From a virus (Duplodnaviria; Caudoviricetes), in the IMG/VR virus record IMGVR_UViG_3300049999_000454, positions 1 through 26,239 of that record: a stretch of DNA of 26,239 bases; one strand, written 5' to 3'. Each line of letters opens with the position of its first letter. Within the stretch, counting starts at the first letter, position 1. Positions 1 through 7,937 of this stretch are shown one piece after another. The translations under genes were made by a program, and so were the position numbers. The notes under the pieces were generated by a model. The model did no database searches, was not told the origin of the DNA, and was given only the letters and a program-made list of their open reading frames with translations.

Positions 1-1
1 T

Positions 2-265
2 CGAAGTGGTGAATGGTTGATGTTGCAGATGGATGACTATGGGGATTGCATCGCTGGGGTTGTTGAGCGTTGCGGGGAGGAACCGATCATTTGTTATGAC
101 AAACAGAAGGTCCTGGTTAAGCTTCAAGGACAAGGCATGGATGAATTTGAAGCTGAAGAATATTTTATTTACAACCAGTTGGGCGCCTGGATGGGTGACG
201 GCACGCCGTGCTTTATTAATCAGGGCTCTGACTGGATCGATTATTTCGTAGAACTAGAATCATAG
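2..265 (+). CDS. Conserved phage hypothetical protein, possibly 5'-truncated (frame open from position 2; ATGs at 20 and 29)
   Basis: The pattern D.CIAGV...YD..K.L..L...GM.E.EAEEYF.YN..GAWMG..TP.F matches a small uncharacterised family I recall from environmental phages. Ends at TAG 263-265. Confidence 0.7.
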   Translation, partial: RSGEWLMLQMDDYGDCIAGVVERCGEEPIICYDKQKVLVKLQGQGMDEFEAEEYFIYNQLGAWMGDGTPCFINQGSDWIDYFVELES

Positions 266-289
266 AACTCAAACTCTGGAGAAATAGCA

Positions 290-604
290 ATGCTGAATAT
301 CGGGCGAAAAAGTTTATTTGATGGTTTTTTGCTGACAGGTCAGGTGCCAAAAATAAAGGTCCTGCTTTGTTTGCGAAATAAAAACGTGAGATTGTCAGTG
401 CAAGGCCAGCGTTGCGGCGAAACGCATCCCAACGCCAGGCTGACTGACCATGATGTTGAACTGATGCGTCAGTTGCATGAGGGTGGGATGCAGTGTTCAA
501 AAATCGCGCATAAATTTGATTGTGCGAGGACCACGGTTAGCGGCATTGTTAATTATCAGCATCGGGTTGCGATTCCAATGTCTTGGAAGAATACCTTGGG
601 CTAA
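290..604 (+). CDS. Small helix-turn-helix DNA-binding protein
   Basis: GGAG at 278-281 precedes ATG 290. The C-terminal half GETHPNARLTDHDVELMRQLHEGGM-CSKIAHKFDCARTTVSGIV has an HTH pattern like the C-terminal DNA-binding domain of phage HNH proteins. No HNH catalytic motif is present. Confidence 0.65.
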   Translation: MLNIGRKSLFDGFLLTGQVPKIKVLLCLRNKNVRLSVQGQRCGETHPNARLTDHDVELMRQLHEGGMQCSKIAHKFDCARTTVSGIVNYQHRVAIPMSWKNTLG

Positions 605-746
605 TGTCTTCTCTGCGTAATTCAGCTAAAAACTGAACCAACTCTTTATATTCATCATCAGTCAGCCAAAATTCTTTGCGCTTCAACCCCAAGTTCGCTC
701 TCCGTAATCGCAGAGCGGCCTGTTTTTCACTATTTGTTTGTGCCAT
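549..746 (-). CDS. Small basic protein, putative DNA-binding regulator (RHH/DUF3018-like)
   Basis: MAQTNSEKQAALRLRR..GLKRKEFWLTDDEY: a basic helix, then a strand, then a helix, as in small phage regulators. Last gene of the - strand operon, starting 9 nt after the upstream stop. Confidence 0.6.
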   Translation of the reverse strand: MAQTNSEKQAALRLRRANLGLKRKEFWLTDDEYKELVQFLAELRREDISPRYSSKTLESQPDADN

Positions 747-755
747 TTTAATATC

Positions 756-1283
756 TTATTTGCCTAATTCCATCATTTTTGTTGTGCTGGCCAGATCATC
801 TGGTGATAAAGCCAGCCAGTGTGAGGGTGGGTTAACCGTCGTTGCAGACAGTTGGTCCTGAACCGCCAACATAAAAAGCAGGGTTAATTTGGGCGGGATG
901 GTGACGGACCTTAACACCTTAATTATTCGATGCTGGTCGAACACATGGATATCGATCACTAATCGATGTCTTGCATTGCTGATGTCGTGCAGATTCAAGC
1001 TTTCACTGGGTATTATCCTGGCGTCAAACGGCGCGTCGAAAGTAAAAGCCGGCCCTTGTTTACCAAAAAACTGGAACAACCACAGGATATTTCCACATTC
1101 AGACATAATCCCCCCCTCGATTTTCCCTTTCTTCAACGCCTTGATTTCATCCCCGCTCAGGTCAGGAATACAGAGTTGTAATACATTCGCGCCAGACGTC
1201 AAAAAATTGGCGGTCGCACCCGCACTGCCTGGGAAGGGAAATGGGTATTGGTCGCCTACTGCTATCGCTATTGGTTTTTCCAT
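756..1283 (-). CDS. Hypothetical protein (175 aa)
   Basis: On the - strand GAGGAG precedes the ATG. Tightly packed with its neighbours (1-nt and 9-nt gaps), globular-looking composition, no recognised family. Confidence 0.7.
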   Translation of the reverse strand: MEKPIAIAVGDQYPFPFPGSAGATANFLTSGANVLQLCIPDLSGDEIKALKKGKIEGGIMSECGNILWLFQFFGKQGPAFTFDAPFDARIIPSESLNLHDISNARHRLVIDIHVFDQHRIIKVLRSVTIPPKLTLLFMLAVQDQLSATTVNPPSHWLALSPDDLASTTKMMELGK

Positions 1284-1284
1284 C

Positions 1285-1602
1285 TTAGTTCTCCTCGCCT
1301 GACCCTGCCCAAGCGCCGTCGTTATTTCTGAGAACCTCGACCACTTCGCCTAAATCGACCGCGTTTACCTCGTTGCCGCTTTCGTCAATATAATCCCAAC
1401 CACTATAGTTATCGACAGAACCCGTAGCCATATTCATAAACATAACATGATGCACCATATACACCCCTTGTGAGCCTTTGGTTTCATGGTTCAATTTGCT
1501 GGCTATGGCTGATGCGCCGTCAAAAGTTTTCGAGCCGTCACCAGTTTCAATTACGGGCGCTTCAGGATTTGGGGCGACCCAGACTATTTTGTATCTGTTC
1601 AT
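1285..1602 (-). CDS. Hypothetical protein (105 aa; start revised to MNRYK at 1602)
   Basis: On the - strand GGAG precedes ATG 1602, whereas the longer 1659 start overlaps the upstream gene and runs through a hairpin. Acidic C-terminal part MNMATGSVD..GWDY..ESGNEVNAVDLGEVVEV. Confidence 0.65.
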   Translation of the reverse strand: MNRYKIVWVAPNPEAPVIETGDGSKTFDGASAIASKLNHETKGSQGVYMVHHVMFMNMATGSVDNYSGWDYIDESGNEVNAVDLGEVVEVLRNNDGAWAGSGEEN

Positions 1603-1623
1603 GTTAACTCTCCAGTTGATGAT

Positions 1624-1639
1624 GGGGCCTTGCGGCCCC
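1624..1639. terminator. GC-rich stem-loop (possible intrinsic terminator or RNA stability element)
   Basis: GGGGCC-TTGC-GGCCCC is a perfect 6-bp stem. It is followed by TTTGGGTTATTTATTTT on the + strand. On the - strand the loop is GCAA (GNRA) and it lies between two genes. Confidence 0.5.
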
Positions 1640-1645
1640 TTTGGG

Positions 1646-1915
1646 TTATTTATTTTCAACTATATACTCATACTCGCCGAATAACGCTGAGCTTACTAAG
1701 CTAGTTGTGATGGCCTCATCACTACCTGTGCGGCCATACTCTCTAGCCCGATCTATCTCATCGACTTCGTAACACCAATTGATATCAACAGCGTCAATTG
1801 ACTCCACTTCGTCATATGTCAAAGCTTCCAGCTCTTCTTTACTGAAGCTGGCACAGTGTTTAACTAAATCGGCAATAGTTTCAGCGGATGGTTTGCGGTT
1901 ATGTAATGGTTTCAT
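1646..1915 (-). CDS. Small acidic hypothetical protein (89 aa)
   Basis: On the - strand GGGAG precedes ATG 1915. First gene after the leftward promoter; D/E-rich. Confidence 0.7.
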   Translation of the reverse strand: MKPLHNRKPSAETIADLVKHCASFSKEELEALTYDEVESIDAVDINWCYEVDEIDRAREYGRTGSDEAITTSLVSSALFGEYEYIVENK

Positions 1916-1947
1916 ATTGTCTCCCGGTTAATTTCGGACTCAGGATC

Positions 1948-1977
1948 ATTATATAATAGTTATCGGTAACTAGTCAA
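1948..1977 (-). promoter_or_regulatory. Sigma70-type promoter driving the leftward operon
   Basis: The - strand reads TTGACT (1977-1972), 18 nt, TATAAT (1953-1948), about 30 nt upstream of ATG 1915. Confidence 0.75.
1957..1972. promoter_or_regulatory. Palindromic operator candidate within the promoter spacer
   Basis: TAGTTA-TCGG-TAACTA has perfect 6-bp inverted arms and occupies the -35/-10 spacer. Confidence 0.55.
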
Positions 1978-2050
1978 GGACTGGCCACTTGCCCCCGTCG
2001 AGTTGTTTTTGATAACAGTGATAACCTAATTATCATGAAAGATAATATTG

Positions 2051-2434
2051 ATGAAACACCCGCCAATGCCTAAACCAGGACGTCCAACGAAGTACAAACC
2101 CGAAATGTGTGGCACGGCCATTAAGTTGATGGCAGAGGGTGCGTCACATATTGAAGTGATGGCTGAATTGGCGATATGGGAAGATACTTTTTATCGATGG
2201 AAACGCGAGAAAAAAGAATTTTCGGAGGCCATAAAAAAGGGTGAGCAATTATCTGCGGCCTGGTGGGAAAGAAAAGGCCGGGTCAATCTTGAAAATAGTG
2301 AGTTCAGCTATACAGGCTGGTACATGAATATGAAAAACCGCCACGGATGGTCTGACAAAAAGGAAGTTAAGAACACGGGCGACATAACGATCAATGTCTC
2401 AACTGGTATCGACAGAGCGCCTGGCGATGATTAA
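2051..2434 (+). CDS. terS: Terminase small subunit
   Basis: N-terminal GRPTKYKPE, HTH-like TFYRW..E..EFSEAIKKG, C-terminal MKNRHGWSDK; immediately upstream of terL. The start could be 2048, 2051 or 2066. Confidence 0.85.
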   Translation: MKHPPMPKPGRPTKYKPEMCGTAIKLMAEGASHIEVMAELAIWEDTFYRWKREKKEFSEAIKKGEQLSAAWWERKGRVNLENSEFSYTGWYMNMKNRHGWSDKKEVKNTGDITINVSTGIDRAPGDD

Positions 2435-3740
2435 TGCCGTCGCGGTCAACACGGGATATGTGCCGCACAAATACCAGGCAGAGATTCATCAAAACATGCG
2501 TCGCTTTTCGGTCCTGGTGTGTCATCGCCGGTTCGGCAAAACGTACCTGGCTATCAATGCCCTGATTGACGCGATTCTGCGTTATCCCAAAAATGATGGC
2601 CGTTTTGGTTATGTCGCGCCCTATCTCAAACAAGCTAAACAAGTTGCGTGGGATTACCTAAAAAAGTTTTCATTGTTGATCCCCGGGACCCGGGCAAATG
2701 AATCCGACCTGAGTATCGATTTCCCTAATGGCGGACGTATTCGTCTGTATGGTTCCGATAATGGCGAGGCCATGCGTGGCTTGTATTTCGATGGGATCGT
2801 GATGGACGAGGTGGCTGACATGCGACCTGAAACCTGGCCGGAGATCATCAGGCCGGCTTTGGCTGACCGCAAAGGCTGGTGCTTGTTCATTGGCACGCCG
2901 AAAGGAATAAATCAATTTCACGACCTGTACCAGCACGCGATGACGGATGACACATGGTATGGCGGCATGTACCGGGCGGATGAAACGGATGTGATTGACA
3001 TTGACGAGCTAAAAATGGCACGCACTGCAATGTCTGAAAACCAATACCGGCAGGAATTTTTGTGTGATTTCTCTGCATCGATCGACAATGCACTGATCAC
3101 AATTGACAAAGTATCAGCAGCGGCGGCACGGACCGTCACCCAGGCAGACATCCAGGGCTCGGCTAAGATTTTAGGGGTCGATGTGGCCCGTTACGGGGAT
3201 GATAGATCAGTCATTCTGCGCCGCGAGGGTTTAGTGACCTATGAGCCTGTAGTTTTTAACGACATTGACAACATGACCCTGGCTGGCATGGTTGCCCAGT
3301 CGATTGTTGACTGGAAGCCTGATGCGGTTTTCATCGATGCCGGGCGTGGAGAAGGCGTGATCGATCGATTGCGGCAACTAGGCTACTTCATAAACGAAGT
3401 CAACTTCGGGGGCAAGCCAAACAACGCGCACTACAGCAATAAGCGTGCGGAGATGTGGGATGGCATTCGCCAGTGGATCGACGATGGCGGCGACATCCCG
3501 AATAACAGCGCCTTGAAAACAGATTTATGCGTGCCGACATACAAGTTTGACGCGAATAATCGCATGCAACTTGAAAGCAAGGATGACATAAAAAAACGGG
3601 GATTAAGGTCGCCCGATATCGCAGATGCACTTGCGTTGACGTTTGCACACCCTGTCGCTCCAAAAAATCTAGGGCTACCAGGACACGGTAAGCATTGGCA
3701 GAGCAATGTTCGGCATGATTACGACCCCTTTAATAACTAA
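2427..3740 (+). CDS. terL: Terminase large subunit
   Basis: Walker A HRRFGKT, Walker B IVMDEVAD, motif III FIGTPKG, nuclease motifs LGVDVARYGDD and SPDIADALA. ATG 2427 overlaps the terS stop and is the likely start (the track uses 2394). Confidence 0.95.
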   Translation: MINAVAVNTGYVPHKYQAEIHQNMRRFSVLVCHRRFGKTYLAINALIDAILRYPKNDGRFGYVAPYLKQAKQVAWDYLKKFSLLIPGTRANESDLSIDFPNGGRIRLYGSDNGEAMRGLYFDGIVMDEVADMRPETWPEIIRPALADRKGWCLFIGTPKGINQFHDLYQHAMTDDTWYGGMYRADETDVIDIDELKMARTAMSENQYRQEFLCDFSASIDNALITIDKVSAAAARTVTQADIQGSAKILGVDVARYGDDRSVILRREGLVTYEPVVFNDIDNMTLAGMVAQSIVDWKPDAVFIDAGRGEGVIDRLRQLGYFINEVNFGGKPNNAHYSNKRAEMWDGIRQWIDDGGDIPNNSALKTDLCVPTYKFDANNRMQLESKDDIKKRGLRSPDIADALALTFAHPVAPKNLGLPGHGKHWQSNVRHDYDPFNN

Positions 3741-3762
3741 CCAGAACCAACAGGAGAAATGT

Positions 3763-3996
3763 ATGTGTTTTTTCAGCAGCGATAGCTCACCAAAGCCACC
3801 GCCACCGCCCCCCATTACAACGCCACCGCCACCGCCACCGCGTGTTCCTCAAAAACCCAATCCAGTCAAGGCTGGTGAGAACACGGCGCAATTATCGGCG
3901 GCAAATTCTCGAGGTCGTAGGGGAACCATATTAACGGGAGGCCGGGGTGATTTAAAACCCGCTGAAACGGACAAGAAGACGCTTTTAGGATATTAG
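3763..3996 (+). CDS. Small Pro-rich virion protein, copy 1 (pre-portal MC...KTLLG family, positional analogue of T7 gp6.7/7.3)
   Basis: AGGAG at 3752-3756 precedes ATG 3763 (MCFFSS). Contains RGRRGTILTG and ends KKTLLGY; located between terL and portal. Confidence 0.75.
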   Translation: MCFFSSDSSPKPPPPPPITTPPPPPPRVPQKPNPVKAGENTAQLSAANSRGRRGTILTGGRGDLKPAETDKKTLLGY

Positions 3997-4083
3997 AGGA
4001 TAGAAGACATGTGCAAAGCAAAAGCACCCAAACGAAAGCCACCGCCACCGCCCCCCATTACAACGCCACCGCCACCGCCACCG
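3792..4083 (+). repeat. 49-nt perfect direct repeat (3792-3840 and 4035-4083) containing CCACCG tandem hexamers
   Basis: AAAGCCACCGCCACCGCCCCCCATTACAACGCCACCGCCACCGCCACCG is identical in both copies. A second identical 23-mer, CGGACAAGAAGACGCTTTTAGGA, lies at 3968-3990 and 4220-4242. Confidence 0.95.
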
Positions 4084-4248
4084 CCACCGCCACCGCCTTC
4101 TATTCCGCCTACTCTTGCGGGTAAAAAAGATAAGACGGGGCAATCATCAGCGGCAAACGCGCGAGGGCGTGCAGCGACTCTCATAACAGGCCCTCGCGGA
4201 GATTTAACAGCCTCTCTGTCGGACAAGAAGACGCTTTTAGGAAGTTGA
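4009..4248 (+). CDS. Small Pro-rich virion protein, copy 2 (paralogue of 3763..3996)
   Basis: GAGGA precedes ATG 4009 (MCKAK). Shares KPPPPPPITTPPP, SAAN.RGR..T..TG.RGDL and DKKTLLG blocks with copy 1. Confidence 0.8.
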   Translation: MCKAKAPKRKPPPPPPITTPPPPPPPPPPPSIPPTLAGKKDKTGQSSAANARGRAATLITGPRGDLTASLSDKKTLLGS

Positions 4249-4252
4249 TGAT

Positions 4253-5935
4253 ATGAAAGAAGGCATCCAAGGCAAATGCGATTGCTACCGAAAAAGATGG
4301 GCCGCTCTGAAAACTGAGCGATCTACTTTCTTTGGCCATTGGCAAGAGCTTTCAGAATACATCCTGCCACGGCGGGGCCGGTTTTTAGCGACAAAGGTCA
4401 ACGATGGTAGCAAGAAGAATGGCAAGATTATCGATTCGACCGGGACTCTAGCTGTTAGAACTTTATCTGCCGGCATGATGAGTGGCATCACCTCGCCGGC
4501 CCGGCCCTGGTTTAGATTAGGGACCCATGACCCTGGCGTGATGGAGTCAGGCGCGGTTAAGGAGTGGGTGCATATCGTTGAACGACGGATGCAAGACATC
4601 TTTGCGCGCTCGAATCTGTACAACAGTTTGCAAACCGTGTATGAGGAGATGGGCGTTTTCGGCACTGGGGCGATCTTGATTGAAGAAGACCCGGAAACAG
4701 TAATCCGTGCCTACCCCTTTACGGTTGGTGAATATGCGTTGGCATTGTCGGATCGATTGGCCGCGAATACATTTTATCGTGAGTTTCAACTGACGGTTGC
4801 CCAGCTCGTCGAATGGTTCGGGCTGGAAAATTGCAGTGATGCAGTGAAGACACAGTTTAAGAACGGGCATTTCGATGCGTGGATTCAAGTGATTCACGCG
4901 ATTGAGCCGAACATCAAGCGAGATATGAGCAAAGATGACAGCATGAATATGCCGTACATTTCTGTTTATTTCGAGAAGTCATCGGGTAATCAGTTTCTGT
5001 CTCACTCGGGGTTTGAGGAATTTCCAGTGATGGCCCCCCGGTGGCATGTCACGGGGGCTGATATTTACGGGCAATCCCCTGGCATGGATGTGCTAGGCGA
5101 TGTCAAAGCCTTGCAGATAGAGCAGAAGCGTAAAGCGCAGGGCATCGATAAAATGGTGAACCCACCCATGCAAGCACCCCACTCGATGCGAGGCCAAACA
5201 GCCTCTGTGTTGCCCGGTGGCGTGACCTATGTCGATGCGGCCCAGGGTAACCTGGGTTTTCGTCCTGTCTATGAGGTTAACCCGAGACTGGGTGAGCTAC
5301 AGCAAGATATCCAAGAGACGCAAGGGCGCATCCGTAACGGCTTTTATGCGGACCTATTCCAGATGATGACGATGTCTAGTCGCCGTCAAATCACAGCGCG
5401 TGAAGTGGAAGAGCGACACGAAGAGAAGTTGCTAATGCTAGGCCCGGTGCTTGAGCGACTGCATTCAGAATTGCTCGATCCTTTGATTGACCGGACCTTC
5501 AACATCATGGTGCGGAATGGCTTGACGCCACCACCGCCTGAAGAGTTGCAAGGGATGGACCTGAAAGTCGAATATATTTCTGTGATGGCCCAGGCTCAAC
5601 GTGCCATTGGCACCAGTTCACTGGAGCGTATCAGTGCTTTTGTGGGCAATCTGGCGGCGGCTAAACCTGAAGTGCTGGACAAACTCGACACCGATCAATT
5701 GGTGGATCAGTATGCCGAGATGCTTGGCGTGCCACCAAAAGTGGTGATCCCCGATGGCGACGTCGAAGTGATTCGAGCGCAACGCGCCCAGGCACAGCAA
5801 CAGCAAATGCAGATGGAGCAAATGCAACAAGCGGCTCAGGGGGCCAAGACGCTGTCTGAAGCCGACACGGGCAATGAGAGCGTCTTGTCATCGATCCTCG
5901 GTGGCATGGGGGGTCCTATGGGTCCGGCACAATAG
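4253..5935 (+). CDS. Portal (head-to-tail connector), T7 gp8/BPP-1 type
   Basis: 560 aa with IIDSTG..A...LSAGMMSGITSPARPWF, PRW....DIYG.SPGM and ITAREVEERHEEKLLMLGPVLERL, plus a Gln-rich C-terminal barrel helix; follows terL. Confidence 0.95.
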   Translation: MKEGIQGKCDCYRKRWAALKTERSTFFGHWQELSEYILPRRGRFLATKVNDGSKKNGKIIDSTGTLAVRTLSAGMMSGITSPARPWFRLGTHDPGVMESGAVKEWVHIVERRMQDIFARSNLYNSLQTVYEEMGVFGTGAILIEEDPETVIRAYPFTVGEYALALSDRLAANTFYREFQLTVAQLVEWFGLENCSDAVKTQFKNGHFDAWIQVIHAIEPNIKRDMSKDDSMNMPYISVYFEKSSGNQFLSHSGFEEFPVMAPRWHVTGADIYGQSPGMDVLGDVKALQIEQKRKAQGIDKMVNPPMQAPHSMRGQTASVLPGGVTYVDAAQGNLGFRPVYEVNPRLGELQQDIQETQGRIRNGFYADLFQMMTMSSRRQITAREVEERHEEKLLMLGPVLERLHSELLDPLIDRTFNIMVRNGLTPPPPEELQGMDLKVEYISVMAQAQRAIGTSSLERISAFVGNLAAAKPEVLDKLDTDQLVDQYAEMLGVPPKVVIPDGDVEVIRAQRAQAQQQQMQMEQMQQAAQGAKTLSEADTGNESVLSSILGGMGGPMGPAQ

Positions 5936-5977
5936 GAGCGACGAGTTGTTATATAAAACTATGCAACACTGCACGCT

Positions 5978-6289
5978 ATGAAAAAAGTAAATGCATCTGA
6001 CGAACAAAGTGTCGCCCAGGCCCAAGCTAAAGATAAGCGTCAGCGTTCCAAAGAGATTGCTGATATCGACAAACTTTTAAACGAGGACTGGGGCCGGCGG
6101 ATAGTCTGGCGCATCCTCGAAACATCAGGCATGCGACGCAGCAGCTATCAACAGGGGAGCAATTCAAACACCTTCTTTAATGAAGGCATGCGAAATGTGG
6201 GTCTGTGGCTACTGAGTGAAGCTGAAGAAGCTGACGACAAGAACGTCTTGCTTCCGATGATGGAAACTGAAAACAAACCGAAGAGGTAA
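5978..6289 (+). CDS. Bbp19-like phage protein
   Basis: GRRIVWRILE..G and FFNEGMRNVGLWLL motifs; located between portal and scaffold. Confidence 0.75.
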   Translation: MKKVNASDEQSVAQAQAKDKRQRSKEIADIDKLLNEDWGRRIVWRILETSGMRRSSYQQGSNSNTFFNEGMRNVGLWLLSEAEEADDKNVLLPMMETENKPKR

Positions 6290-6296
6290 AAAAATA

Positions 6297-6902
6297 ATGG
6301 CTGAAGAATCACTGTTGTCACAAACTGAAAATGTTGATGCAAGTGTCGATCAGGAAGCTGTTTCTGATGTAGCTTCGCAAGAAGTTGCAGGGGAATCTGT
6401 TGCGACTGTGGACGAGGGAGTAAATAAGGGCGAAGGTGAGGCAGAGGCGGGTGCCCCTGAAACCTATGCCGATTTTTCACTCCCCGAAGGCTACAGTGTT
6501 GAAGATACTATGTTAATCGACTACCAGAGTTACGCCCAGGATAATAATTTATCCCAAGAGGCGGCTCAGGCCGGGGTTGATCTTGTGGTCAAGATGAAAA
6601 CCGAAGAAGCCGAAGGCTATGTTCGTGAGCAACAAACGTGGGTAGAAAGCATCAAGGCTGATACAGAGCTGGGTGGTGATAAGTTCGACGCATCATTAGC
6701 GACGGCATTCAAAGCGCGTGATAAATACGCATCGCCAGAGTTGATTGATCTATTGAATACATCAGGACTGGGCAATCACCCTGAAGTTTTCCGCCTTTTT
6801 CACAATGTCGGAAAGTCGCTCAGTGAGGACCAACTGGTCACCGGTTCCGCCGGTAATCAAGCGCAATCGCATGAGAAAGTGCTTTATCCGAACATGAATT
6901 AA
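6297..6902 (+). CDS. Capsid assembly scaffolding protein
   Basis: Acidic disordered N-terminus, APETYADFSLPEG and GLGNHPEVFRLF motifs, ends LYPNM; directly upstream of the capsid gene. Confidence 0.8.
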   Translation: MAEESLLSQTENVDASVDQEAVSDVASQEVAGESVATVDEGVNKGEGEAEAGAPETYADFSLPEGYSVEDTMLIDYQSYAQDNNLSQEAAQAGVDLVVKMKTEEAEGYVREQQTWVESIKADTELGGDKFDASLATAFKARDKYASPELIDLLNTSGLGNHPEVFRLFHNVGKSLSEDQLVTGSAGNQAQSHEKVLYPNMN

Positions 6903-6935
6903 ATTGATTTAATAAGTTTTTATGGAGAATAAATA

Positions 6936-7928
6936 ATGGCAACATTATCAACGAACAATCCTACGTTAGCGGATATCGCAAAACGTACTGATCCCGAGGG
7001 CAGAGTAGATACAATTGTCGAATTGCTGTCTGAAACAAATGAAATATTAGAGGATATGACCTATCTGGAAGGCAACTTGCCAACCGGTCATAGGACAACT
7101 ATCCGATCAGGACTACCGTCGTCCACCTGGCGTAAACTCAACTATGGCGTACAGCCTAGCAAATCAACTACGGTTCAAGTCACCGATTCGTGCGGGATGT
7201 TGGAAGCCTATGCTGAGGTCGATAAGGCGTTAGCTGATCTGAATGGCAATACCGGGGCTTTTCGCCTATCGGAAGATCGCGCCTTTTTAGAGTCGATGAA
7301 CCAGACTATGGCTGAAACCATGTTTTATGGTGACACCGGGACTGACCCTGAAAAGTTTTTAGGGCTGGCCTCACGTTTTAGCAGCACAACTGCTGAAAAT
7401 GGTGGCAACATCATTTCTGGTGGCGGCTCAGGCTCTGACAATGCGTCTATCTGGCTGGTTGTATGGGGGCCGAACACGGTGCATGGCATCTATCCAAAAG
7501 GCTCGATGGCGGGTTTGAAACATTCTGACTTGGGCGAATGGACCTTAGAAGACGCGGCTGGTGGCAAATACCAAGGCTATCGCACACATTATAAATGGGA
7601 CATTGGCTTATCGATGCGTGATTGGCGCTATGTGGTGCGCATTCCGAACATCGATATCAGCAACTTGACCAGCGACAAGACCGGCAGTAGTGCTGACTTG
7701 ACTGACTTGATGGTGCAAGCGATTGAGCGAGTACCTAATCTTGGTTTAGGTCGTGCGGTCTTTTACGGCAACAGAACGATTTCTTCATATCTGCGTCGTC
7801 AAATCAGCAACACAAACAATGTCCGGTTATCAATGGATGAAGTGGCGGGTAAACGTGTAATGACGTTTGACGGTATTCCATTCCGACGCAGTGACGCACT
7901 TTTAAATACAGAAGCTACAGTTAGCTAG
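6936..7928 (+). CDS. Major capsid protein (BPP-1 Bbp17 / epsilon15 gp7-like)
   Basis: 330 aa; NPTLADIAKR, EGNLPTGHRTTIRSGLP, WRKLNYGVQPSKS, DWRYVVRIPNID and FDGIPFRR. GGAG RBS upstream. Confidence 0.93.
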   Translation: MATLSTNNPTLADIAKRTDPEGRVDTIVELLSETNEILEDMTYLEGNLPTGHRTTIRSGLPSSTWRKLNYGVQPSKSTTVQVTDSCGMLEAYAEVDKALADLNGNTGAFRLSEDRAFLESMNQTMAETMFYGDTGTDPEKFLGLASRFSSTTAENGGNIISGGGSGSDNASIWLVVWGPNTVHGIYPKGSMAGLKHSDLGEWTLEDAAGGKYQGYRTHYKWDIGLSMRDWRYVVRIPNIDISNLTSDKTGSSADLTDLMVQAIERVPNLGLGRAVFYGNRTISSYLRRQISNTNNVRLSMDEVAGKRVMTFDGIPFRRSDALLNTEATVS

Positions 7929-7937
7929 GGGTAGAAA

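Noticed and set aside
889-1302. 137-aa + strand ORF (also 676..861, 966..1181, 1478..1684)
   Set aside because: Antisense shadows of the - strand operon, which has the promoter, RBSs and tight packing.
2010-2046. Fur box
   Set aside because: GATAA half-sites are present, but the spacing (6-5-6) does not fit the 7-1-7 or 19-bp Fur consensus. Kept only as an unassigned motif cluster.
2394-2426. Longer terL start or a terS-terL frameshift fusion
   Set aside because: ATG 2427 overlapping the terS stop is the usual coupling, and no slippery sequence is evident.
3993-4226. Gly-rich - strand ORF
   Set aside because: Simply the reverse complement of the polyproline codons.
3792-4242. CRISPR-like repeat array
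   Set aside because: Only two copies of each repeat, both in frame within paralogous coding sequences; no repeat-spacer periodicity.
5780-5840. Gln-rich low-complexity tract in the portal
   Set aside because: An ordinary feature of the C-terminal barrel helix of this portal type.
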